NCBI GenBank assembly: GCA_016748015.1
Contig: JAAOMT010000289.1
Coordinates: 445,639-509,638, forward strand
From: Geosiphon pyriformis uo1
Lineage: Eukaryota > Fungi > Glomeromycota
DNA length: 64,000 nt
Direction of reading: 5' to 3'
Of the stretch, positions 52,610 through 64,000 are shown in pieces. Position numbers and translations under genes: made by a program. Numbering within the stretch: position 1 is the stretch's first letter; every line of letters begins with the position of its first letter. The notes beneath the pieces were generated by a model. That model did not search any database. It saw only the letters and a program-made list of their open reading frames with translations, and had not been told where the DNA came from.

Positions 52610-55443
52610 ATGTCCGTTACAGTTTCTGTTAAATTTGCTCACGACGCTGTTTTTTTTTCAGGAGAACCTTTCCTTTGTACAATCACCTTTACTAACCCAT
52701 ATCCACCTACATCGCAAACAAAAAATATCACGACTAGCCCTCGACTTTCCAATGAATCTGGAACTTCAAAACTGACAAATGGATTTACGACTAATCCAGT
52801 AAGGTCAATAAATGACCCAAAAAATCAAACCAAGAAAGGCCAAAAACAAGTTCAAAATGGGAGTCCTTTATCTGTAATAGTTGAAAATCCTTCAATTAAA
52901 AATAGCCTTGCTGGAGATCTTGGGGATTCGGGAATTTTTGGTTTCAGAAATTTTGTAAAAAGATCTGCCTCTTTGACTGCTATTGCTTCCTCAACTTTTT
53001 CTTTATTGACCGGCATTGAATCCAGTCCCGGTTCTCCTATCGATCCTTCCACCTCTTCTGCTTTACCCACGTCCTCGCATAATTTATCGCAAACAGAGAA
53101 AATTAAGATGGAAATAATAGATGATGCTACTAAAGAAAACAGTAAATAATTAATTTTTAATAATTCTGAAATAAATTTTATAAAGATATTCCTAATGATT
53201 TGATCTCTTGGGTTCTACGAAAGTCAACGCGCCATCAAATTCAGAGCATTCTTATGATACTGATACTGAGACCGAAGCTGATGATGATTTTGGTTTCATA
53301 AATTTACAAAAAGCAGATGGTGGAAGTGACACAATGTCTCTAGATTTTGACACAAGAGAATCAACACCGCGTAGTTCTGTTGACTTTTATGGACTTGGCA
53401 ATAATAATTCAGAAAGAAATAGTAGTACTTGGGTGGGTGCTTGGGGAGACAAATCTCATAGCAGAAAATCTAATACAATGTCAAGATGCAGCTCTTCCCC
53501 GTCTCTTACGCAAAAATATGAAACTTTATTATGGAGTTTTGCTCAAATAGTTGGACATTTTATTGTTGATGGGTCATTAGTAAAATCCGCTGAATTTGAA
53601 CCATTAAAGCATAAAGCAATGTATCGACCTGCTAGTGCGGGTATCGTCGGTACTGGTGGTGCTGTAGGTGGTGGTATGCTGGGGATATTTGGGCCTAATG
53701 GGAAAAGTTCTTCGAATTCGGGAGAGTATTCAGAGAAAGCAGGTCTTGGCCTCAGGAAATTTTTTGATTGCAAGAGTTTTTTTTTTTTTTTTAATTAAAT
53801 TCTGATTCAACTAAAGTCTTTGATTAAATTTTCAATTGACAGATAACAGGACAATTCCAGTTTTTTCTACTCCACCATCTATATTGTTTGTTGATTTGTA
53901 TCTCTCTCCAGGAGAGTCTCGAACCTGTAATTATTCTCTCTATTTTTTATTTTTTTTATTTGTCAATACAATCAATAAATTGTTGATTTTATATTTCTAA
54001 AGATACTTATGAGACCAGACTACCTGATGATTTGCCTCCCACGCATCGAGGGAAAGCCATTAGATTTCATTATAATTTAATAATAGGAACTCATCGTGGT
54101 GGAATGAATCATCAATCACACATAGTTCAATTACCATTTCGTGTTTTTAATCATGTCGCAGGTAATTTTTCGCCTATATCTTATAAGTGTTCGTTTTTTT
54201 TTTGTTTTTTTTTAACGTTCATTTCATAGAGGATGGAACACGGCCTGTATACGATCTCATGAATCCACTTATAATATACAAGGATGATGCAATAGTAACA
54301 TGCATAGAAGAAAAGAAAACCCCAAAACCTGTCAAGAAAAAAGGCAAGCATTCTAATTTTTGAATTAAATGATTTGAATTTTTGAATTTTTTCTTATTTA
54401 TGATTATACCTAAAGTGAATAATAAGTGTGCAGAGTTTTTGGATTATGTTGAGAAACTCGTTCAAACTTCAAAGAATCAAAATCATTTACCCTCACCCAA
54501 TTCGGAAAGTGATAGAGATAGTGAAAGTTATGTAATTTTAGAAAACAGTCAAAAATCGTGTGCGAATACTGTTTTGATGTTGGCCAAAAATATGCGTAAA
54601 GGTAATTTCGATCAAAAATTCATTTTTATGAATTTCTTTATTTTCTTTTCAAAACTTCTTAATAATTTTAATATTTGTAGCCAATTATGACATTTGCAAA
54701 AATAATGCACGAGTTGGGCAATTATGCCTATTAAAAACCTCCTACCGTTTAGGTGATATTGTTCATGGGATAATAAATTTTACCGACGCCTTGATACCAA
54801 GCTATCAGGTACGTGCCTAAAAAGCTCGATCTTGCACCAATAGATATAGGGGTTAATAGGTACTTTAGAAGAAACCTTCATCGTTTAGTTATTCCACATC
54901 ACTATTGAATTAATTTTTTTCTAGGTATCAATTACCCTAGAGAATAGTGAGCTTGTAGAACTTAGCGTTGCTAATCGTCCACAAAGTCAAATCTCACGAC
55001 TTACTCGCAAAATACATGGTGAACATCATGAATTCTGCTTGAATTCAAATCGAATAAGTTTTGCCATTTCAATACCTACCTCAAGTACACCTGACTTCTC
55101 AACAACAGGAGGTATTAGCTTAGCCAAATTTAGCAGGGTGTCTTTTAAACGCGTTATTTATTTGATATTAAATTCTTTTATAGATCATTACTTTACTGAA
55201 AATTTTTATTAAATTCTTTTCCTAGTCAAACTACAATGGGGATTAAGAGTGGAATTTATCACCGGATCTAAAGGAAAGCCATCACTACTGGCATTTAATG
55301 CAGATGATCGTCATCAATATTATCAGGCAGTCTCGGAGGTCGACGTAGAAACATTTGACTGTTTTATCCCTATTAAGGTCTACCCATCCTCACATGAATC
55401 AGCACGAACATTCTCTTCACAACACAACTTCAATGTATCATAA
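52610..55443 (+). CDS. RGP1: Rgp1, subunit of the Ric1-Rgp1 Ypt6/Rab6 GEF, about 9 exons (GC-AG intron at 54344-54415)
   Basis: VFFSGEPFLCTITF, LLWSFAQIVGHF, IPVFSTPPSILFVDL, LPPTHRGKAIRFHY and TPDFST..VKLQWGLRVEF..FDCFIPIKVYP. Confidence 0.9.
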
Positions 55444-56082
55444 TATTCCTGTACAACATTTAACCAGCCTTTAAGTTTTTCTCAAATACCTCCTGATTAT
55501 CAATAATTTGGAGAAAGGCGTGAAATTTCGATATTTTGTTGGATATTAGACAAAGCCCAGCAGGCAATTCCGTTATTTTATTTTATCAAAAGTATATAAT
55601 AATAATATATATTTCTCAAACTCCGAGTATTATTTAGGTTTTTCAAGATTATTATGATCAATTATTAATTTAATTTGGGAAAGAATGAACTTGCCAAAAT
55701 GTAAAGATAAGTTATTTATATTATATTAATCTAATACACGGGCAAGAAAAACTTTGATTTGTTCACTGATTATTTTACAATGGATTCAATCAATTATTAA
55801 TATACAAGAATAGTTTATATAAAAACAAATTAATCCTTATAAACAGTTTTATTAAGCAAAGTTTTCAAACCTGTTGTTGGCCATTATTTATTATTATTTT
55901 ACTATTAGATTTAAATCCTTTGTTTAATAATTTCACAATAACTGTATAAAAGCAAGGTGTTAAAATAAAAAAGTAAAAAGTATATTAATTATTTTGAATA
56001 ATAATTTTTTATAATTTTAAAAATAAAATGTTTGTAAATTAATGATAAAACCAAATAAGCATTTTTAATTAAAATACCAAAT

Positions 56083-57030
56083 GTTTGTGATATTTTTCAA
56101 TCTGTTTGTCAAATGTGCTGGAAGTTTGGCTTTGGTTCTTGGGTTGTGATGGGCAAATTACATACAAACATTGATTGGTTTAGGTCATCTCTGGTGTGGT
56201 ATTCTGATTCACATATGGCCACTGGCTTTACTAGTAGAAACACTGCTGGTGCTTATATATATTTTATGAAAGCTTTACATTACTGGCTTTCTGTTACTAT
56301 TCATAAACATTTATATGCCAATAGTTATCCGAGTGTGTTGTGTTTGTTTTGTGGGAATATCGAGGTCTTTGATCATGTTTTCTCTTACTTGTCTGATTCT
56401 GGTGCTCATGCACAGTTGTTGAATGTTTATGCAGCTGATTGAAGGATGCTTTCTAGTCTGTCTTATTTATCTTCATGTATTTCACAATGTTTGAGTTCTT
56501 GTGTTTCTAATATTGCTTTGTATATAACTCTGTACAAGAGTTTTATTCTCAATGATTGATATCGAAAATCTCTTTCTGTTTTTGAAGATTCCAAAATTGC
56601 AGGTTGAAAGATTGTAGACTTTATGTGCAAATTTAGTCTTGTATTTAAAGAGAAGGTTTGGTTTGTCCATATTAAACACTAGATTGTTATAGAGAAAAAT
56701 AGTCTTATCTTATATGATGGGTCTGTTTCAGGCTTGATGTCTGGAATTTTTTCAGTTTTTTCTGCTGGCATAATTAATTTATTGGGTGTTACTAATGCTT
56801 TAGGGGTTAGTTTTGGTTTTTATAAATCTTGTAGGTTTTTTTCAGATTTATTTTGAATGGTATTGGTTTATATAGACAATTAGTATTGTTCTAATTAGTT
56901 TAAGTGGCTGATCACATGTAAAAAATGCATAATTTACACCTAGTTTAAATTACTTGGTTGATATATTGTTCTAGGTAATGTTTGGACTTCACTCATTAAG
57001 CAAATAAAAAAATAAAAAATAAAAATAAAA
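56083..57030 (+). mobile_element. 5'-truncated 3' fragment of the LINE family (CCHC finger, ORF2 end, tail, poly(A))
   Basis: HMATGFTS..YFMKALH..YPSVLCLFCGNIEVFDHVF matches 47985..48437. The tail matches 48878-49012. Confidence 0.9.
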
Positions 57031-57104
57031 ACTTAATTAAAAATTAATATATATTATTTAAAATGATAAACCAATTTTTAATAATATATTTATTATTATT
57101 ATTA

Positions 57105-57245
57105 TTATTAAGATTTAACAAGTACAATTTAATTACTATCTAGTATATAGAACCAAAACTAAGGATTCTAGTTAAATGCAATTCATGTTTTTTCTATATA
57201 TAACTAGTTACTTAAACCAATTAAAAACACACTACACTAATGCTT
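57105..57245 (-). mobile_element. Decayed 3' tail of another half-LINE-type copy, tail-to-tail with the LINE fragment
   Basis: Minus strand ...gaatccttagttttggttcta..ctagatagtaatt..tacttgttaaat resembles the 4066-4199 tail. Confidence 0.6.
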
Positions 57246-58829
57246 TAGAAGATCAAATTTATAATTTTTGTTAAGTAATAACAGTTATCTTATTGTTTAA
57301 AAACAAAAAAAAAATTATTTTATTTTTAAAATTTTTAAAATTTTTATTTATTTTTTTTGGTCTTTAAGTAAAATTTTTTTTAACAAAACCATATATAGTT
57401 TTTTTTATAAAATTTTCTTTATTTATATTATTATTAATTTTTAAACAAATAAATTAGTACTTTATAAAATATTAAAAAACCATAAAATAATAAAATAAAA
57501 TTTATTTTTAAAAATTTTTTATTTTTAAAAATTTTAAATATAGAAAAAAAAAGATTTAATAATTATTTATAATATTTATAATAATTAATTAAATAAAAAA
57601 ACAATGTAAAAATTTATTTTATTTTAAAAAATTAATATTAATAATAAAAACACATATTATATTATATTATTATTTTCACTAATTTAATATTGCTTAATTA
57701 ATGTTGTAAATAATTTAATAATTTTAATTATTAATAAAAACAAACAAATATGTAATATTAAAAAAAAGATTTTTTTAAAAAAAACAATTAACTTGTATCT
57801 TATTGGTATATTTGTTAAAGTTTTTGGATTTTTTTATTATAGTAAGTAATCTTATATTTATGTTTTATATTTGTGTATATAAATATTGATTTATGTTTTT
57901 ATGTGATAGCAAAAAGAAAAAAAATCATGTTTAAAATTACCAAAGAAAAACAAACTTTAGAATTTTATATTTTTTATAAATTATATGGTTTTTTGTTATA
58001 TGTATGTTTTTATTTACAATTATATTCTTTGTTTTTGCAAACCAAGAACTATGAATTAAAAATAGATAAAAACTTAAATTTTATGTATAAATATAATTTT
58101 GAGAAGACAAAGACATAACATATAACTTTACAAACTTAATATGTAGAGGCAAGCAATCCTTTTTTGCCATTATTGAAAACAATTGTAAGCTGGTTGCCAT
58201 TCTTTTTTTTCAGATTATGTGAATATATGTTCGATTTTATATTTTACTGCCATTGAAAGAAAAGATATATGCTCTTTGGGAGGTCTTGTCTATTGAGAAC
58301 GTGACTTTGGGATTTTATAAGACATTCTTGTAATACCAATATTTTTTGTTTGATATCTGATGTATGTTTAGAATCTTCTGAATCGAGTCAAAAGATTGAG
58401 CGATGTCACAGTGAAAAAAGCAAAATGATATTGGGATCTTCGGGACTGACAATAGCTCTAATGACAAATCAAACGCTTAAGAAGATGAAAAGATACATTA
58501 AATTTAAATATCGCTCCTCTAAATTAAAAATTATATAAAACATATTTATTTTAAAATAAATATTTTATTTAATTATATTTTCCTTGAATTTCACCGGATA
58601 TTGTTAGTGATCCTCGCGTCCCAACAACTTGTCAATGCCTTTTAAGGTAAGACTATAAAAAGGGTTTCTCTTATGGAAAGGGATAAACGCGACTTAGTAA
58701 TTGTCTATCACTCTCAGACAGTGGATTATTATCACGTTTAACACATTTTCGTTGGAATCTTCGACGCGTCCAACAAGACAAAATTTTGTTCAAAGAGTAT
58801 ATAACGCGGAAAAAGCTTTTACCTGAGAA

Positions 58830-60348
58830 ATGCCAGTCTCGAGTACTCGGTCTACCTTTATCCCTGACAAAAATAACGGTATGGAAGGCTTTCCAGAACA
58901 AAATCAGCAAGTTGAGAAAGAACATGGTGAACAGATTACTAGACAGGATCTATATGACCCTGAACAAGATAAACAGGAAAAGAGATGGTTGAGGAAAGAA
59001 TATCGCAATCTTATTGCTGTAACTGAAGGTATTCCCAATTCATTCTCAAAGTTGTCATTTGAAAAACTGTAAATTTGAAATTTAAACCTATTCGATCAAT
59101 CGATATTTTGGCTCTAAATTTTATCGCGATTGTAATAGATTAAAACTTTCATTACTTTCATCGTAATTTTTAGAAAATCGGCAACAATATTTACGCCCTG
59201 ACTCGGATGGTTTAGCTAACACAATAGCGAGGGCAAATGATCTATACCAGAGAGGTATCAATTGTCTGTGAATTAATAAGATTATTAAAAAGATCTTTTT
59301 AAATTGAATCTTGATTAAATAGTAAGGAACACCCATGAAGCAACCCTGGATTCACGTCTCTTAGTATTATCAAGCGATTTGGGAGTCCAAAAGGCACGGA
59401 TGATGAAATTGGATCATAATTCATTTGATATAGATGAGTATATTGCAAAAGTGATCAATTATAATAGACCTCGAAAAGTAGGTGGTGATGAAGGGCAGGT
59501 GGTTGTCAATTGGTCTGCCATTGGTAAGGTTGCTGCCAAGTTTACAAAGCGAGTACCTACAATGGATTTTATGTGAGTATTTCTGCAGTTATTTTAAGTT
59601 AAAGAAATCCCATTTTAAGTAGCTTGCGATTTATCAGGCTCGGACCATTATCCGTACCACAAAAAGAAAGAACAAAATCGAAACCGCAGATACGAATAGA
59701 AAAGCTTCAAAAAGATCTTCGAACACCTGTCCGGGTAATTAAGATATTCATATTTTTAAAGGACCGAATCATTAGGATATCACTCATTAGGTTGTTTATT
59801 TAGATGAAAGAAGTGGACATAGAGAGGCAGGAAAACGAAACTACTAGAAATGTCAAAATGATAGCGGACATTTTACAAGAAGTACAGCCAATAAATTTAT
59901 TTGAGTTTATTGTGAATCCTAACTCATTTGGTCAAACAGTCGAAAATATGTTTTATTTGTCCTTCCTCATCCGTGATGGTCAAGTATCCATTGATGATGA
60001 AGATGGACAGCCGATTCTCAGTAAGAATCCAAGTCTGATATTGTATCCACTTTGTTTCCTTTCTTATGCTGGCTATATAATTTATAAAATTTGATAGCAC
60101 GTACTGAACCGGCTACCGCGGAGGATTATCAAGATGGTCTGATAAAAAAGCAGCTTGTGCTAGAAATGGATATGGAGCTTTGGCATGTAAGTCCCAGAAT
60201 CTTTTTTGTCTTGTCAATATATATATATATATCTGGCTTCTTATCAGTTATATTTCTGTAGAAACTTATCGATGTCTATGAGATTCAAAATACGGTAATA
60301 CCAACTAGGGAAAAAAGAGAACAAATGGCTGGAAAGTGGTATGGATAG
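58830..60348 (+). CDS. NSE4: Smc5/6 kleisin Nse4, 7 exons
   Basis: KRWLRKEYRNL, EATLDSRLL, DFMLGPL and ENETT..INLFEFIVNPNSFGQTVENMFYLSFLIRDG. Confidence 0.93.
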
Positions 60349-60718
60349 ATCCGCGCACAGAACGTTGACTCCAATGTAAATAATAATATAATCATAAATG
60401 GAGCGTTTTATGGTAATATCTCGACTGTTTAATAGATGGCATTTTCTGTGAATCCAATTACCTGAAGTGGGATTTTTGTCAAAGTGCACTAATACACTTT
60501 TTCATTCTCAGATCTCTGTATTTTTGCGATACTATTTTTGAAAACTTTATATTAAAAATGTTAGCCAATCTGATTTGTAAAACAATTATTTAATCAATCA
60601 TCAATAGGTACATTGTAATTTACAGAGCGGTTAGTGAATTTTGAGTCACCTAATCTCAACTTCAGATAAATCTATCATATTTTATTGTTAATTTTGAACG
60701 TTATAAATTTCTTTTTAA

Positions 60719-61567
60719 ATGAGTACGAACGAGACGCATAAAAGTGAAAGAAGGACCCAACGTGTTTCAACAAGTAGTAAAAAGAAACAAGGTCAAAAAT
60801 ACCAAAATGTTTATGCTTTCCATTCGAATAAAAGCTCGAAAAAGTCGAAGATAATAAATTCTTTACCCGTATCCGGCTTGTAAGTCTTCCAATCAAAACC
60901 TAAGCCTACATTAAATAAGGCTTTTATGAATGTGGAAGATTCATAAGGTCTTATGAGTATTATTTCGATTTTATCCCAGATGCCAAAAGTGCAAGGGAAT
61001 TGTCGATTGGCGTAAAAAATTCAAGAAATATAAACCCCTGACGATTCCCAAGCGTTGGTAAGATGAATCATGTTAAAGATATATATTAGAGATTATTGGA
61101 GCTAAATTGAAAATCAACGAAAAGCTTAAGCTGCGAAGAAAAGGTGATAAAGGAAGCCTATCATGTTTTGTGTAATTCATGTGCCAAGGCGAAAGGCGTT
61201 TGCGCCAAATGTCAGGAAGATGGCGAAATTTTGTCCAGGTCTGCGCTTTTAGAATTCGACGAATGTTTTATTTGGTAATTCATCGTATTGAAAGATTAGT
61301 GCTTTATACGGGGGGGATAATAGCTCAAAAAAAACCGAAAGGGAGATATTAACTGAACAACAAGAACAAGATCGATTATTGTCAACCTTATCCGAGCGTC
61401 AACGAAGAACCTATATCCGTAATTTAGAGCGGGGCCACGAAGGCCCCCTTGAAAGTTTAGTAAAAGGGTCTGAAAACCATTCAGAAGATTTTGAAGATAA
61501 AGTAGATGAACATGATCCTGAGGATATTACTTCAAGTGGCAGTGATACATATATTTTGGGGGATTGA
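60719..61567 (+). CDS. C9orf85/DUF2039 homologue (Cys-rich), 4 exons; mostly missed by the ORF track
   Basis: QKYQNVYAFHSNK..GL|CQKCKGIVDWRKKFKKYKPLTIPKRC|LSCEEKVIKEAYHVLCNSCAKAKGVCAKC|...LSERQRRT. Confidence 0.88.
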
Positions 61568-61574
61568 CGATTTA

Positions 61575-63784
61575 TTAATGTGTCTTATTTGTGATTAACA
61601 TGATCATTTCTTTTCCAAGCCTGTTGTTTTCTTCGAACCTTGAGTTTTAAATAATTTACTCATTGAATTAAGGTAAATTCAAATCTTGAAATTGGAAACA
61701 AAAAAGCGTACCTTGGCTCAAAGAACTTTGCAGTTGACTCGAATCTTCGCTGATAAACATTCATATTCGCATTATCAACGCATTCAGCCCATCCTTTCGA
61801 AGCACTATAAAACTCCATATCATCTGAACGAATATTTTTGTCATACAGCGCTGCTTGAATTGCTTCATCAAGCATCTCGGTGCTCCGAAATAGATATTCT
61901 GTTATTCCCCTGCAAAAGTTGAGGTTAAGGAATGTTAAAATGATAATGAAGCATAGAAGAAATATAGTGGGCGTCTCAACCAATCGGATACGTCCAAAGG
62001 CGGAAAAGTGGGGTTTGGCAAACCATATGTTCGTAAGGTTTAATTCCTAAAGTGCTCCAGCAATCCACCTGGAATTAAACAGGATTTGTCAAAGTATAAT
62101 TTCCACAAAAGATCATACACTAAAATCCACGTTATACCATTGCCAGCAAAGACAAATGCGAATTCGGCTTTCGTTTTTCTTTCGGTACAATCGAAAGCGA
62201 AAATTGATCCAAATAAATATCGGATAATAAAATTGGCTCTCGAATTTCCATAGATTTACCGAAAACGAATGCACCTGCCTGAGTATCAAACAGAAATAAG
62301 ATTAAACAACGCTCTTGTTGATTTTTGCTTTACTAACCTGTTTTACCCGATTTCTAAACTCCTTCTCTTTCTCCTGAATCATTAACTTAAACAGATCGGA
62401 TACCGACTGCGCGTATTGATGAATTTGTACTTTAGCACTTGGATTCAAAATGGCGAGTCCTTTTAAAAGCCCAAAATCAATATAAATAAATTTTGATTAG
62501 TAAGAGTTTAATAGTTAAAGGATAATGGTAAAAATCAGATAATATTACCAGCATAAACGTGCCATTTGTTAGAATAAATTCTCAATGCCATATTCACTTT
62601 GACATTTTCTATTCCACCAACATATTGGGGGGTTTCCCACTAATCAAGCAGCAAATGTGAAAGGAATTTACGCGGCAAATAACAAAGATGATCGGTGAAT
62701 GGAAGGACATTAACAGAATACCGGAAATTGTTTTTGGGTTTTCCATGCAGTTCCCATGCTTGAAATCCAAAAGCGTATTTGAACGAGTATATATCAGTGA
62801 GATCAAATTAAATTTAGCAGTATTCCCATTTCTCACCTCAAAAATGCTACATGAGTAACAGCTTGAGTGTCTGCAGTAATGCGATCATGCTCTTGGAATG
62901 ATAATTGAACTATTTCTGAGTCAAAGCAATCCAGTACTCTCATCACAATATCAAATTTCTCTTGAGATGAACGATGCTTGATCATCACCTAATTTCAAGA
63001 AAATTTAAACAGAATTGAACTAATTCAACCAACTGTTGATTAAAGCTATTCAAAATAGAACGTACTAAAGGCTGCCCTTTTGGATCTATGGTAGGCCCAT
63101 GTAGTGAATGGAATGAAACGATATGAACATCTTCTGCGAGATGTTTTTCAAAAGCACGTATTTCTGGTTCTTTTACAGATGTCTAGCTTAAAATATTGAT
63201 CAATAAAAATAGGGGTGAAATCAAGGTATAAAGTCTCAAATTATTTTTACCTGTCCACCCACAATTGCACCAAGTTTTGTAGCTTATTAACGAAGAAAAA
63301 ATTAAATATAATTTATTAAAAATTTCTGATAATTGCAAAAGATAATTTGAAGTCTTACAAGGTCCGTACAATCCTACAACTTTATCAATGTTCTCTGCTT
63401 CTACCGAATAAATAATAAAATCACTACGTCGAGACACGGCATGTCCATCCCGTAGAACATTAACTCCGCTATCTGGAACTAGGCAATTTAAGAATAATCA
63501 AATCGACCAAAAAATCAATTTTTATTCAGTGAGATATTCCTATTATTACTCGCCTTTAAATTGTTCTTTTAATTGTTCATAGCGAGAAGGAATATCGCAA
63601 ACATTAATCCTAAAGTACGAATCAAAATCTCATAAATTGACGAATTTCGTAAATAATTTTTTAGGAAGTATGCAAACCTTTTCCAACCAGCTTTTAGAAT
63701 TTTTTTGGCGTACATCAAACCCATATCTCCCAAACCTATGAAACCTATCTCTAATTCGTCTTTTTCTTTTTCGGGAGTTGCCAT
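61575..63784 (-). CDS. TYR1: Prephenate dehydrogenase (NADP+), about 13 exons (GC-AG intron at 63479-63553)
   Basis: IGFIGLGDMGLMYA Rossmann motif, HSLHGP, HDRITADTQAVTH, GGIENVKVN..KWHVYAGLAI and PNSHLSLLAMVDCW. Confidence 0.95.
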
Positions 63785-64000
63785 GATCAAAGATGCTTAA
63801 CAAGAGTCAAAAATTATATCTATTAATAGAAATATCTACTATATATTTTAATGCTAAATTTAGAGTTCACACGTTGAATATGACTCAGCTTATCAATATA
63901 ATGTACCACAGTCCCACACGACCTACTATCGTGTTTAAACATTTGTTAATTTTTGCAATTCGCGATTTTTGTCTCGAGACACATCGGTGCGACGTTAACC

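Noticed and set aside
57873-58538. Short ORFs in AT-rich DNA
   Set aside because: Low-complexity F/I/K/Y composition, no motifs and no splice model.
58656-58795. U11 snRNA-like start (AAAAAGGG) with hairpins and an Sm-like AATTTTG
   Set aside because: Only a short match, and it lies in the NSE4 promoter/5' UTR. Not supportable without an Rfam covariance search.
62396-62404. GTATCCG resembling a U12 donor in TYR1
   Set aside because: It reads through as conserved coding sequence (SVSDLFKLM).

Overview
Eukaryotic (fungal) DNA. Compact islands of intron-rich genes alternate with decayed retroelements and very AT-rich deserts. The gene set, short introns, a U12-type intron and the TE families point to Mucoromycota/Glomeromycotina (Geosiphon-like); this assignment is an inference. 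Host genes: MIC60, a possible Med2/Med29-like gene, NFU1, PEX4, a FYR-domain gene, a PSP1-like gene (5' end lost in an N gap), an NT-C2 gene, RRP41, a CBS-domain gene, a PPPDE/DeSI peptidase, an SRSF10/SCL-like SR protein, a 61-aa small gene, RGP1, NSE4, a C9orf85/DUF2039 homologue and TYR1. Mobile DNA: a full-length RNase H-bearing LINE (32.4-49.0 kb) interrupted by a complete Ty3/gypsy LTR element with a 4-bp TSD. The gypsy element carries a Cys-rich insert, a dUTPase and an extra 3' ORF. There are also other LINE fragments and an ORF1-only 'half-LINE' that shares the LINE's 3' tail. Most notable: (1) the ORF1-only non-autonomous retroelement family; (2) RIP-like, transition-only and mostly non-CpG divergence between the two LTRs; (3) the gypsy accessory modules; (4) a U12 intron in the SRSF10-like gene, apparently at the position of the animal regulatory minor intron; (5) an apparent excess of GC-AG introns. 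Exon boundaries were derived by hand and need RNA-seq confirmation.
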